DNA of 64,000 nucleotides from a virus (lineage: Duplodnaviria > Caudoviricetes): positions 1-64,000 of IMG/VR virus record IMGVR_UViG_3300042691_041259, one strand, 5' to 3'. This document shows positions 36,001 to 44,633 of the stretch, one piece after another. A model generated the notes under the pieces. That model was not told the DNA's origin. It ran no database searches and worked only from the letters and a program-made list of their open reading frames with translations. Every line of letters begins with the position of its first letter. Position 1 is the first letter of the stretch. Position numbers and translations under genes: made by a program.

Positions 36001-36777
36001 GTTCTTTTGTTCTTCTTCATCACCTAATTTTTGATAAATTGCATCAAGGCTACTAATGGAAAAGGCAATTACTCCAAAAGATAACAAAAGAAGTGGAGCA
36101 ACAGGAACAAGCAATAGCGTAAGCAGCAAGCCGCCTACTAAAGATGCAAGCCCGCCTCCTAAAGTTTTAAAAGATTCTCCAATCTGTCCGGCCTTTGCAA
36201 AAAACCCTGAGTTTGGAGATGTGCTACCACCGGCAGCTCCACCAGCAAGCTTTTTCTCAATCCTCTGTAGAGTTGCTGCTGATTGCATCATACTCTGCTC
36301 AATTGACTTAATGTTTGCGGATAAGTCTCCTAAATTAACAGACTTGGTGCGAATATCTTCCTGCTTTTTCTCAAGTTCCTCACGCTTTTTCTGGTCCTCT
36401 TCCAGAAACTTTAAAATGTCTTTGAGAACAATTACAGATTCGGCATTTCTAGCAGGTTCTTCTCTTTCTCTTTGAGGTTTTGAAGACTCTGTAAATTTAT
36501 CTAAAATAGCTTTTTGTATGGATACTTGATTTGCAGAGATTTTTGTCATCTCTTTCATTGCATCAAGTTTTTCCTTTGAAATCGCGTTTAAATTTTGAAG
36601 CTCTTTTTGCATTTCTGCAAAACCGGCAGTTTTTGAGTTTTCTCCAGTTTGCTCCTTTTCAGCAACGGCCTCTTTTTCTTTAAGCGACTCTGTTCTTTCG
36701 GATTCGATCATCCGAGAAAGAATTGCTTTCTGTACCGATAAAATTTCTCCTAATAGAGCGGTGTCCCGTGCTGCCAT
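30073..36777 (-). CDS. Tail tape-measure-like protein (2234 aa)
   Basis: Position after tube and chaperone genes; Ala/Gly/Leu-rich helical repeats of about 40 aa; seven GYDKxGxP repeats of about 100 aa. Confidence 0.75.
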   Translation of the reverse strand: MAARDTALLGEILSVQKAILSRMIESERTESLKEKEAVAEKEQTGENSKTAGFAEMQKELQNLNAISKEKLDAMKEMTKISANQVSIQKAILDKFTESSKPQREREEPARNAESVIVLKDILKFLEEDQKKREELEKKQEDIRTKSVNLGDLSANIKSIEQSMMQSAATLQRIEKKLAGGAAGGSTSPNSGFFAKAGQIGESFKTLGGGLASLVGGLLLTLLLVPVAPLLLLSFGVIAFSISSLDAIYQKLGDEEEQKNRLAVAEGLGVSTKKLIKNLIGLTLIAPLIPIMAISVAGIYLTVTAFNKIYTVLGSKETTENIKQGNSNFIEIGKIAKGMLYLSLLAPLGPLAVIGAAFTALAVVTFMKIYDSLANPKTEKQIKDGNENFKQIAGLAKSTLGFALIAPLAPLILLGVATIALSISALTKVYENLGGATTGEAVEKGNANLKGMGKAIAWFTLSVIVSGTAMVAFGIPGILALSAGVFLMGKVMGYLGSGEFGTSVEKGHQNVMGMGKAIALFTLAAVAASVAFDKFVSVSGLAMMAGTLLAFSVFFKFLGSTQFADDVKKGAENTQAMAKGLALFSLAAIVAGIAMNFVDFAGIAKLAILAFAMGAFFSFLGKRKEDVDKGTESIRGMAKGLAIFTLALAASAAVMSIIPLEGILKLTITMAAIGLTFFLIGKAQTQIDKGVDTIRGMAKGLALFTLALAASAFVMTIVPIEGILKLTISLALVAGAFALVGVMENPIKKGTGVVKNMAMGLAIFTLAVFGASFVFSFVKMPDLLKIVGSLVAFGAAFALLGAFDNTIKKGSQAAMWMALGMASLGLGVLALVFSLKKAADIASGGDLVKGGLIALSVIAVSAATFFILGMFKTEIIGGAIAAAAIGLGLAVFGLGLTVYLSGIAKVMGVGGQGVMGGTQLKGSPWETVGSMLVGLGLIAVGAMSLILYGTIFALAGQIEFGIPVFIALGALAYMAVGLGLAVFGMGLDKYLGVIQKYSGVTEKEKGLSITANSFISGLAIMGGSLGYLIGFGSIFALAGLASPLIILGAVAMATAGLALTSIGMGVKTFMENVPPGSDVGGQLNTLLGGIKDAFLNFIGAENTSGGFFGSVKALATGAVTGSTLFFAMATALMIGPVLSSIAQGVGAWANLSQIPAIKGYDKDGNPIFDEGRTVDAQTALENIKEYLPSLVDPFIDLSNRANLTSTSKGSVLSFLVGTDLAKTPFELGISAAGGIGRVLSSVAQGVGAWANLQNIPRLKGYDKDGNPIFDEGRTADVEKALDNIIRYMPGIIQPFIDLGKNPDVLSTGQGSVLSILVGNDFGRTPFQRGISAAADIGKVLSNVAQGVGAWANLENIPKLIGYDKEGNPKFSDTEKVNLDSALKNINKALSVTGEYSVVAPFIDLANNPAVGAGQGSLLSILIGNDFGRTPFQRGISAAGDIGKVLSSIAQGIGAFANLQNIPKVIGYDSKGQPIYSKSETANVERALENIKMLFGEGDSSIIDPFLRIAEKNSSIPSLLSLITGVNLGATPFERGISAAGQIGAVLSSVAQGIGSFASLQSIPKLIGYDQNGQPLYEATQANVAEAVKQFQQLFGTDGELSIIKPFITLGEYITDSKPFSIGGSVMKMLTGEYTGSSPVEKGIALGVQLGEIISKVASGIGIFANLSAIPVITGYDKQGRPLYGTPIDGTKSIGNFASAMQQLMFAFADASVKLEDYEGDPEQMTGVGNVIGSILGSVAESLSIFSNPDKIKKIKGYDKDGKPIYYENDFVRLDDVVTTIGQVITRVLGAISNETVLGQIESLNESLGENPELIGKFLGGFTDPMKKFAEIQSGLEDKNLDTLTWRINAATAGLSLSIGNNLKLIGDFNVFKTFGEAFKSFADYVSSGYQSLFKVDMEGAPFYKEAYGVNSGLIGVTTSIENLVGRLVQTFGVVNTTSQITDAANAAKTFALALEESANGLYNAFFKLFSVDSLGGGLYSEYKNSALWGIGEHLKYSVTSIVSTYTRDNTPEQIQSTLTGSALMNQTLENLLKFPDYMKLFLSANPKQFGEDSKTAFNGLFTITTMNPKDMQKRSHLKQFTDEILRLAEAADPFTKFTNSFGKMAKDMRVFAENFSLMQPDGIFAFKEWTTSLLTLSTANPTTFAANVTTANNAINAAYGSADNTGVVNTAVGAAKGPSLAEKKTAIEKQTAGKNVPPPQPQIDYVKLANAIASAIKFPTSMDVHITSIEPGTRM
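31420..33380 (-). repeat. Array of about 100-aa (about 300-bp) repeats in the tape-measure-like gene
   Basis: 31-bp identical copies at 32958-32988 and 33261-33291, 303 nt apart. Confidence 0.85.
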
Positions 36778-36797
36778 CCAGACTAATTATACTTTTT

Positions 36798-36808
36798 CTA
36801 TATATCAA
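36798..36808 (-). promoter_or_regulatory. Class III promoter TTGATATATAG
   Basis: About 20 nt upstream of the tape-measure ATG, just after a terminator. Confidence 0.7.
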
Positions 36809-36814
36809 TAGAAA

Positions 36815-36850
36815 CAAAAAAAGAACCTGGCATAAACCAGGTTCTTTTTT
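36815..36850. terminator. Intrinsic terminator
   Basis: aaaaaaagaacctgg-cataaa-ccaggttctttttt. Confidence 0.85.
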
Positions 36851-37115
36851 AAAATTTCATATTACCAAAGTTTGGCATTTTACCGCCAGATGAGAGCCCC
36901 TTAAACATGCTTTGCTGCTGATTCATCATGCTGCTCATGTTCGGCATACTGCCTTGGTTTTCTTCTTCTTTCTTCCTTCGTGTATTTTCTTCTTCTACTT
37001 TTTCTTTATGAATTTCAAGTAGGACTTCCGCCCTCCAAAAATCCATTCTGTCTAATTCACTTGGCTGAAGCCTGAGAGTCTTTAGTAAGACGTACTCAAC
37101 CTCACACCAATTCAT
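36849..37115 (-). CDS. Tail assembly chaperone-like short ORF (possibly a frameshift extension of the upstream gene)
   Basis: LRLQPSELDRMDFWRAE pattern; lies between the hub/chaperone and tape measure genes. The frame is open from at least 37187. Confidence 0.6.
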   Translation of the reverse strand: MNWCEVEYVLLKTLRLQPSELDRMDFWRAEVLLEIHKEKVEEENTRRKKEEENQGSMPNMSSMMNQQQSMFKGLSSGGKMPNFGNMKF

Positions 37116-38049
37116 CAAGGATATCTGGAATAAGGAAAATAGATTTGACCCCTCCGCGAAAGTTGAGAGGCACTGAGTCCTCCGCACCCCGCTCGTTTAC
37201 ATAACGTACTTCAGGATTGATAGAACTTGCCAGCATTGAAGTGATCTTTTCCATCAAAGAGATTTTTTGAATTGACCATGTAAGAGATTCTTGCAAAGTG
37301 GATTCATATTCTCTTTCAGTTAATCCTTTCCACTCGGGAAACAGGAACGGCGCATACTTTAAAAAAGCTTTGTCAAACTGTTGTTGTCTTTGAGCTTTAT
37401 TCTTTGCGTAATTCTTAATAAAAGTCATTACGCCAAGACTTGGGAAGTGAAGTTCAAATTTTTCGCCGTTCTTCATTTGGAAGATAAATGATCTGCTGTC
37501 CGGATTATAGTACTTCATCAGTGTTTCATCCGGGTTAAAGTAGTTAAGAACATCTTTTGTAATCTCAATTTTGTCCTCGGTGCCATCTTCATTTTGGAAA
37601 GTTGTATAGAGACGGTTTTCTCCATTCTTAAACGTGAAATCACGAATTGCAAAAAGAATGTAAAAACGGTCAATCTCTTTCAAATCTTTGAAATTGGCTG
37701 GACGGCCTGCCATACGAATACGGCAGCATCGCTCAATTACAAAGTTAAGCATGTCATCAATACCTAACGCATCATTTTCATCAATAGTAGACCAATGACG
37801 GATTTCTGCAACAGAAGCTGCGCGAATTGCAACCTCAGATCCTATTGGGTAAAATAGTCCTTGAGATGGCAGGTTCTCAAGCGGTAGGTTTTTCCAGCCG
37901 ATGTCTCCTGACAGTGGTGATTCTTCAGGCTGGGCAAACTTTTGAGCTTTACCTAGCGAAGTTAATTTTGCAACTGGCTCTGAACCTTCAGCCTGTTCCA
38001 CTAATTTACGTGCTTCCTCTTCGAAAGCATTATTTGTTTCTTCAGTCAT
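37102..38049 (-). CDS. Baseplate hub / tail assembly chaperone (T4 gp26-like)
   Basis: LPSQGLFYP...IRAASVAEI...DRFYILFAIRDFT pattern; position after the tail tube gene. Confidence 0.65.
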   Translation of the reverse strand: MTEETNNAFEEEARKLVEQAEGSEPVAKLTSLGKAQKFAQPEESPLSGDIGWKNLPLENLPSQGLFYPIGSEVAIRAASVAEIRHWSTIDENDALGIDDMLNFVIERCCRIRMAGRPANFKDLKEIDRFYILFAIRDFTFKNGENRLYTTFQNEDGTEDKIEITKDVLNYFNPDETLMKYYNPDSRSFIFQMKNGEKFELHFPSLGVMTFIKNYAKNKAQRQQQFDKAFLKYAPFLFPEWKGLTEREYESTLQESLTWSIQKISLMEKITSMLASSINPEVRYVNERGAEDSVPLNFRGGVKSIFLIPDILDELV

Positions 38050-38070
38050 GCTTTTTATATTTTTGTTTTC

Positions 38071-38096
38071 TTATATAACCGGGTTTAAAAAAGTTT
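38071..38096 (-). promoter_or_regulatory. Class II motif variant
   Basis: AAACTTTTTTAAACCCGGTTATATAA. Confidence 0.45.
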
Positions 38097-38106
38097 TGAT
38101 TTTTGC

Positions 38107-38135
38107 AAAAAAAAGGTCTCCGAAGAGACCTTTTT
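38107..38135. terminator. Intrinsic terminator after the tail tube gene
   Basis: aaaaggtctc-cgaa-gagacctttt (UUCG loop on the minus strand). Confidence 0.85.
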
Positions 38136-38154
38136 ATATGTTTTGACTTTCTGA

Positions 38155-38718
38155 TTAGAGAATAGTTTCTTCCCAGTAGTCTGCGCGAAGTTGGAATCCA
38201 GTGATACGGAAGATTTCGTTATCATTGAAGTCCGCGTTTGCTGGCATTGGTAATGCCACCATTGGGAACACCTGAGCGAAACGAACCTGACGGTAGATGT
38301 CACCTGCTTTGTTAAAGAAGTTGACGATCATTGGTCCACCCATGTAGTCTCTTTTCAGACCCATGCGGCCAGTCAGTGGATCGTAGATCAGATCACACCA
38401 TTTACGGAGTGCTTTGTAAACGTATGCCGAGTTGTTATCGTCAAGGTTGATTTCAAAGTCGAGCGTAAGATCGACTGAGGTATCACCTGCGATAGAACCA
38501 CCAGCGAATGAACGTCTTGCAGATTTATATTTCTGCTCAACCAATGCTGGCATCTTATTGATAGCGATTCCATCTACTTTTAACACTTGCTCCATTACCA
38601 AGTCCCAACCACCTACTGCGGGAGGGGGAGTAAGGAGTACCTCGAACTGGGCAATGTAGAGAGGCTCATACTTTGCCATAGAGGCTTTCGAATTTCTAAA
38701 ATGCGGTAGTCCTGCCAT
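38155..38718 (-). CDS. Tail tube protein (T4 gp19-like)
   Basis: Follows the sheath gene; W.DLIYDP..G...KRDY and VFPM...D.N..EI..ITGF.L..DYW. Confidence 0.8.
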   Translation of the reverse strand: MAGLPHFRNSKASMAKYEPLYIAQFEVLLTPPPAVGGWDLVMEQVLKVDGIAINKMPALVEQKYKSARRSFAGGSIAGDTSVDLTLDFEINLDDNNSAYVYKALRKWCDLIYDPLTGRMGLKRDYMGGPMIVNFFNKAGDIYRQVRFAQVFPMVALPMPANADFNDNEIFRITGFQLRADYWEETIL

Positions 38719-38759
38719 TGCTTTATTTTTTTATTTTTCTTTCTTTTGAATTATTTTGA

Positions 38760-41700
38760 TTAGCCAGCTACGAATCCACCTGAAGAAATTGTTCCAGTCT
38801 TCAAGATAGTGATTCTGTTGATGAATTTCTGCAGACCGCGTGATGGCTCGATTCCAACGTCGATGATACCGAAGTTTTGGTCGATCACAGCAGCGCTGTT
38901 GTTAGTTTCATCCATGATTACCTGGTAATCATAAATTCCTCCTGCATTTCTTACAGTGTCGAGGTAGTTTTCTACAATTGTACGAATCTCAAGACGGGTT
39001 GATGCGTCGTTAAATTCGAAGAGGTATTGAGCAAGTACGTCCTCAATAGCTTCAGATACAGTGATCAGAAGATCTCTAACGTGAAGGTTATTGAAAGCGG
39101 ACAGTGTTGTTTGATAAGCTGTCTGGTTAGCGAAGATCATTGGTCCAATTCCTTTCACAGTTACGATTGGGTTGATACCAAATGGCTCGAGGTATTCACG
39201 ATCCTGAAGCAAGTACTCAAACTCGAGACCTGCAAACTTTGGATTTGAGATAACCCCGCGACGTGGACCAGCAACGATTGAGTAAGGAAGACCTTGAATG
39301 AACTTTCTTACAAAGTTGTTAGATACGTCAGCCGCTGGTGGAATGCTCTTATTGGTGTTATCTTCACGAATAATGATATTCGGAGAGAATACGCCAATGA
39401 ACTTAGCACCATTTTCTTCATCAGGCAGAGAGAATCTAAAGCTTGGTCCAAGGCTAAGGTTACCACCTTCCGCGATATACGATGTATTCAAGGTTGGTCT
39501 TGGGTTACCCGCAGCTGGATCTGGAAGTTCGGTGAACCTTGGATCAGTGCTAGCAATGAACTGCTTGATTGATGGAGCGTTAAGAATTGCCATACATTTT
39601 TGACGATCTCTTGCAAGTCTTGCCAAGATAGATTTCGGTCCCATCTGTGGAGCGATACCACCATTAAAGGTATCAATCACATAACGGAAGGAAATAATAT
39701 CGCGGCTAGCGAGTGTCTTCGCAATGTTGGTATTCTCAAGTACACCATAGATTTTGTCAATCTGTGCGTCAGTGTTGTTTGGCAAATGGTAGTCGTTAAG
39801 GACGTAACCATTCAACAAAGTAAACTGCAGACGATCACAGAAAGTTTGGATCGGAGTGTACTTAGTAATAGTGTTTGTGGTAAAGTCAACCGCAGGTACA
39901 TCAAGTACAGTGTATTCGTATGTTACCACACCAGTTGAAGGATTTACCTTCTTGATTTTGTCAGTAATACGAGTCAATCTTGGAGTAGCCGAGTTATCTA
40001 CAATCAGATCGCCAACTGTAAGGTTAACAGAATCTGCTGCAGAAACCTGGAATTTCTTACCGCCAGATGAAAGGGTACCAATGATTGTAATGTTAGAACT
40101 GATGTTCTTTCCGGTTGCAGAGTAGAACGCCAAGTAGTTTTCCTCGGGAATTGCGTTATCAAACACGGTTCCATCAATGTAAGTTTCATCAAGAACTGCG
40201 TATGTAGCACTAGCACGTGTTACCAAATCGGTAGCGGTGTACTGTGTTACACGACAGCCGCTGAGACCGTACGCAATTTGCGAGTATACGTCCACAGAAC
40301 CTGTAGCCGCACCTTTGCTCCATCTTTTGGTAATACCAAGGTAGTTGAATTCCGAAGCACCGGTATCGTACTTTACGCTATCTCCATTAACAACCAAGTT
40401 TTGGTTAACGTTAATGTTCAGCTTAGAACCAGGATACGCTTCAACGTATTTCAAATCAAAAAGACCTGCGCCTTCTACATATTCGCCAGTAGCGTCGGAC
40501 TCCATGGTAAATGAAATACCGGATTGAACCAATTTTACCACAAAAGTATCTGCGCCCGCGCCAAGGTCACCGGTTCCAAGAGCCACTGTATTTGCGCCAA
40601 GTCCAGATACGAAAGCAACTTGTGCAACTCGAGCACCTGCCGCACTTCCAGTGTAAGTGATGTTTGTTATGTAAAACGGACCAGCACCGATAAGAACATT
40701 AGCCGATACAAAAGGTGTAATTGAGCCATTTTGATACAGTTCAACTTCTACTGAAGAGTAAATTTCACCAGTGCTATTGTCTGAAGGTACGCCAGCTGCA
40801 ACAAAAGTATTACCAATTCCGTCAAATGATTCCACGGTAGTGGTAGGATTGATTGCAAAAGTCAAGCTGTCTCCAAAGTCAACGCTGTCAAGAGTCAGAC
40901 CCAGGTTAGGAACCAGGCTATTTGCATTTACATCAGGAATTGCGGCAGGAACGTTTAAAAGATCTCCTTTAAAGAGAGTTACTTTGATATCGGTAGCCTG
41001 TACTACAGATTCAAAATCTGCAATGTCTAGACCGAGTGTTCCCCACTTATTGAAGTAATAAGGAGCGGCGTCATAGATGCCAGAAACTCCAGAGTCTTCA
41101 ACCGTGATAATGCCGCCGGCGTAAGAGGCTACTTGATAGTACTTTGCAAAGCCGGGAAACTGTACCAGGATAAAGTCTACATTTACGCCTGCAACAGGAG
41201 CGGCAGGTGTTAGCGTAGTGTCAGCTTCATCCTTAAATGTTCCTACTTCAATTTCGTTAGCTGTGCCAGGAATCAAAGTAGCTGTGGTAGTACCAATGAT
41301 GTTATCAAAGTAACCAACTTTCTTGTGAAGCGGTGAGCTCAATTGAATTTGCAATTCTGTGCCAGTGTCAATTACATTGTCAACTTTCACATAGTCATCA
41401 GGGCTTTCAGTAGCAAACGTGTTTACACCGTAAGTCTTGAATATAGTGTTATTTGAAATGTTATCTACCAAAAACTGGTATTGCGAAGGCAAGAACACTG
41501 CATCAGCTGGTTCAGGCTTAGGGATAACCAAAACGTTGTTAAAGTTACCGCTTCTGCCTCCAAATGGCTGTGATTTAACGTAGATCTGAACTGTTGAAGT
41601 TAACAGACCAGCACCTGCGCCATCATAGATAGTTACGCCATTATCTGGAGAATTTGCTGGATCCAAATCATCAGTTCCAACATATTCAAGAACATTTTTG

Positions 41701-42710
41701 ATTGGCGTGTTGTATGAAAGGAAGTCAATTACATCATCAGAAGTTCCAATCAGTTTATTACCGATTGTATCAATCTTGTGAATGCTGTTTAAGTAGTCTT
41801 CAATCTTTGTATTATTTACAGCAATGAAAACACCGGTAAGACCGATAGCAGCATTTACCAAGTTCTCAATGTATTGGTTAGTTCCTGCGTTGTCTACGAA
41901 GTCTGGGATGATACAACCAGTAAATGATCCTACCATTGTTACTCCGTCCAAAGAAAGGAACGCGTCCAATTTATCAGTACGAATACCGCGAAGGTCAAAG
42001 TACTTTGAGAATGTTGGGTCCTGAGTTAAAACTCCCAAGTTTGTCCAGTCGCCTTCAACGATAATCAAATCGAGGAAGAAGTCAGACAAGTAGTCATTTT
42101 CACCCATGTAGTCAGGAACATTACCAAGACCATAATAGTCTTTTGCTGGAATGTTGTACTGCGTAGCATTAACCGACTTGCGAACGATAATTGAAAGAGG
42201 AGCTTGTGAAAGGTTTACTACAGTGAACAGATAGTCTTTGTTGAGTGGAGTTGCATCCTGAGTTGCAATCACGTACTCTGTGTCTGGGAACCAGAAGCGC
42301 TCTTTGTTGTAGAACGATGTTACCAAAGCTCTGGTAACAGGTCCATTGCTTTCGTCGGAAGCAAGTGCAAAGCTGCGATAGTTAGTTGTGTCTCCGCCTT
42401 CGCTGATAGGTGTGCTCTTCAGCGGCATGAGATTCAGTGCAAAAATTGGACCTACTGATAAGCAGATTTCCATTGCACGGTGGAAGAAAGATCCACGCTT
42501 TTCTAGGTATGCATCAATTAAACCGAAGGTTCTGCGGCATGTGTTAACATCCCTTAAAAACACCGGTGCATTGATAGGACCTATTCGGGAGAATCCAACC
42601 ACCAAACGGATAGTTTGGGTAGTTACTACAATTCTCTCCGAGGAGTCGAATTCTACAGTGTAGACTCCTGACGCCTTAAATTTGTTTAGGTCAAGACTGA
42701 TTTTAGCCAT
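38760..42710 (-). CDS. Contractile tail sheath protein (gp18-like) with a large central insertion
   Basis: N-terminal ASGVYTVEFD...LVVGFSRIGPINAP; C-terminal PPAADVS...AGPRRG, INPI...GPMIFANQT...LHVRDLL...FEFND..TR, YQVIMDETNN. Confidence 0.92.
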   Translation of the reverse strand: MAKISLDLNKFKASGVYTVEFDSSERIVVTTQTIRLVVGFSRIGPINAPVFLRDVNTCRRTFGLIDAYLEKRGSFFHRAMEICLSVGPIFALNLMPLKSTPISEGGDTTNYRSFALASDESNGPVTRALVTSFYNKERFWFPDTEYVIATQDATPLNKDYLFTVVNLSQAPLSIIVRKSVNATQYNIPAKDYYGLGNVPDYMGENDYLSDFFLDLIIVEGDWTNLGVLTQDPTFSKYFDLRGIRTDKLDAFLSLDGVTMVGSFTGCIIPDFVDNAGTNQYIENLVNAAIGLTGVFIAVNNTKIEDYLNSIHKIDTIGNKLIGTSDDVIDFLSYNTPIKNVLEYVGTDDLDPANSPDNGVTIYDGAGAGLLTSTVQIYVKSQPFGGRSGNFNNVLVIPKPEPADAVFLPSQYQFLVDNISNNTIFKTYGVNTFATESPDDYVKVDNVIDTGTELQIQLSSPLHKKVGYFDNIIGTTTATLIPGTANEIEVGTFKDEADTTLTPAAPVAGVNVDFILVQFPGFAKYYQVASYAGGIITVEDSGVSGIYDAAPYYFNKWGTLGLDIADFESVVQATDIKVTLFKGDLLNVPAAIPDVNANSLVPNLGLTLDSVDFGDSLTFAINPTTTVESFDGIGNTFVAAGVPSDNSTGEIYSSVEVELYQNGSITPFVSANVLIGAGPFYITNITYTGSAAGARVAQVAFVSGLGANTVALGTGDLGAGADTFVVKLVQSGISFTMESDATGEYVEGAGLFDLKYVEAYPGSKLNINVNQNLVVNGDSVKYDTGASEFNYLGITKRWSKGAATGSVDVYSQIAYGLSGCRVTQYTATDLVTRASATYAVLDETYIDGTVFDNAIPEENYLAFYSATGKNISSNITIIGTLSSGGKKFQVSAADSVNLTVGDLIVDNSATPRLTRITDKIKKVNPSTGVVTYEYTVLDVPAVDFTTNTITKYTPIQTFCDRLQFTLLNGYVLNDYHLPNNTDAQIDKIYGVLENTNIAKTLASRDIISFRYVIDTFNGGIAPQMGPKSILARLARDRQKCMAILNAPSIKQFIASTDPRFTELPDPAAGNPRPTLNTSYIAEGGNLSLGPSFRFSLPDEENGAKFIGVFSPNIIIREDNTNKSIPPAADVSNNFVRKFIQGLPYSIVAGPRRGVISNPKFAGLEFEYLLQDREYLEPFGINPIVTVKGIGPMIFANQTAYQTTLSAFNNLHVRDLLITVSEAIEDVLAQYLFEFNDASTRLEIRTIVENYLDTVRNAGGIYDYQVIMDETNNSAAVIDQNFGIIDVGIEPSRGLQKFINRITILKTGTISSGGFVAG

Positions 42711-42746
42711 TCTTACTACTCTTTATTTTATATTGGTTCGGTTGAT

Positions 42747-42757
42747 CTATATATCAA
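42747..42757 (-). promoter_or_regulatory. Class III promoter TTGATATATAG
   Basis: Upstream of the sheath gene. Confidence 0.7.
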
Positions 42758-42767
42758 GGTGCCTTTA

Positions 42768-44633
42768 CTAAAAACCACCAAATCCACCGCCAACTGACTT
42801 AGTACCGCGTTTTATCTGTAGCTTCTGCTGTGCCTTTATCTGCTCAGCCATATCGCGAACGCTATCGGCCACGCTTGAATCCAAGTCTTTGAGTAGTTGA
42901 AAACCGTCAGGCATTTCGTCAGCCCCGCCGCCTGCCTCAATGGTTTTATCAATTTCCCGCTTAACTGTTTCGTCAATTCCATCATATATGTCTTCTACCA
43001 TATCATAAAAGTCGGTAGTATCAAAAAGACTTACCGTATTCACACATGACATTGCAACATCATCATTACCTATTTGCGAAGAGTAACTGCCAGTAGAATT
43101 GATACCAAAAGATGCAAGTTCTACTACTGTGCGCTCTTCGGTGATAAGTATTTTTTTCATAGATACAAGGCCTCGCAGCTCTCTGCAAAAGATTTCTTTA
43201 TTATCCTTTTGCATCTTTACGCCAGGCTTAAGTATTGGAGCATTAATGCTATGCTTTGTATGTAGGAATGTTTCAGGAAAGAAGTTGCGGTTTCGACCAA
43301 CTCGTTCAAATACCAGGTTTCCTTTAAAATTGATTTCCATTACGGTCTTTACGTCCTCGGATTCAAATACCTCAAACATTAAGGTCTCAAGCACTCTTGA
43401 CAAGTCTTCTACTGATACTGTGTTAGAGCGAAAAAGCCCAACTTGCCGCAGTCGAAAGAAGCCAGTTTCATCTCGCCAGTCCCTAACCTTTCTTATCATG
43501 GCTTTTGACTGTGGTTCCATTTTAAATATGTTAATGACACTAAAATCTCTTCCTACGCCATCCCCAATATCTACCGCTAACACAAATTTTTCTCCTTTTT
43601 CAACAGATGCCGGATCAAAATCAGGGTGCCAAGTAACGTCTTTGTAAAACTCAGGATCGCTGAAAAACGCGTCATGTTCTTTGTATACATACTTCTTTGA
43701 AATGCGATTAAGATACTCAAGAACACTTCCTGGAAGGAGCAATCTCGATGATGCCAAGAACTGATTTCCATATTCCTGATTAAAGAGCTCTTCGCTTCCA
43801 AGGTTTGCAATTTCTTGACGTTTCCAGTTGTCATCTCTTCCAGGTACCTGCCACCAGTCCACTCGTATCGGATGGTAGCTGTTCTTTCCTTCCAGCGCTC
43901 CGGTATACAACTCGTAAAAGAGGTTCATACCATTTGGTGTTGAAGATATAATGATTCGCGAGATCTTGGAAGATGATAGCGTTGGATAAATTGATCGATA
44001 GAATTGCGATAAGAAGTTTGGGTGAATATGTGCAAACTCATCCGCGTACAGCAAGTGAATGGTAAAACCGATAGCAGCAGTTTTGGTAGTTGCTTGTGAA
44101 TAGAGTCGACAGCCATTGTCAAACTTCATACCAGTAGCTCCGCTGGTACCAACGCCTGGCTTAATAAAGAATGGTAAGTTTTTAATGATCACTTTCACTT
44201 TGTCCACAATTTCAGTAGTGGTTGCCATTTTGTTAGCCACAATCATTACGTTTCGATCATAGTGAAAACACAAATACCAGGCAATAAAGATGGATGATGT
44301 AACAGTTTTACCAATCTGTCGAGAAGCGAGCATGATGACAAAACGATTGTCCTGAAAGTCTTCCAACATATCCTCTTGATAAGGACGCAGAGTAATCTGC
44401 TGAACCCCTTCATCCGTCATGGAGTAGCAGAATTTATTGGCAAAATACACTACATCATTTGCACACTTTGCCAAATCCTCAAGCTCTTCTTTGGTATATT
44501 CAAATACTATGTTGGCAGCCTTTAGTTCTGGGTTACCTTCATAAAAAGCCGAATTGTCTGTTGGTAGACCGTTCTCAAGTTTTCTTATTTCTTCATTGAT
44601 CCTTTTAGTCGACCATACCTTCCCCTTCGCCAT
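42768..44633 (-). CDS. terL: Terminase large subunit (T4 gp17-like)
   Basis: LRPYQ, ASRQIGKT (Walker A), LYADEFAH (Walker B), ISSTPNG, FNQEYGNQF, nuclease AVDIGDG and DDVAM. Start moved to MAKGKVW. Confidence 0.96.
   Translation of the reverse strand: MAKGKVWSTKRINEEIRKLENGLPTDNSAFYEGNPELKAANIVFEYTKEELEDLAKCANDVVYFANKFCYSMTDEGVQQITLRPYQEDMLEDFQDNRFVIMLASRQIGKTVTSSIFIAWYLCFHYDRNVMIVANKMATTTEIVDKVKVIIKNLPFFIKPGVGTSGATGMKFDNGCRLYSQATTKTAAIGFTIHLLYADEFAHIHPNFLSQFYRSIYPTLSSSKISRIIISSTPNGMNLFYELYTGALEGKNSYHPIRVDWWQVPGRDDNWKRQEIANLGSEELFNQEYGNQFLASSRLLLPGSVLEYLNRISKKYVYKEHDAFFSDPEFYKDVTWHPDFDPASVEKGEKFVLAVDIGDGVGRDFSVINIFKMEPQSKAMIRKVRDWRDETGFFRLRQVGLFRSNTVSVEDLSRVLETLMFEVFESEDVKTVMEINFKGNLVFERVGRNRNFFPETFLHTKHSINAPILKPGVKMQKDNKEIFCRELRGLVSMKKILITEERTVVELASFGINSTGSYSSQIGNDDVAMSCVNTVSLFDTTDFYDMVEDIYDGIDETVKREIDKTIEAGGGADEMPDGFQLLKDLDSSVADSVRDMAEQIKAQQKLQIKRGTKSVGGGFGGF

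Noticed and set aside
30001-36475. Many 60-180 aa plus-strand ORFs opposite the large structural genes
   Set aside because: Antisense shadows with no motifs, promoters or independent support; the same applies across the window.
42768-44633. Intein in terminase
   Set aside because: Length and motif spacing are normal.
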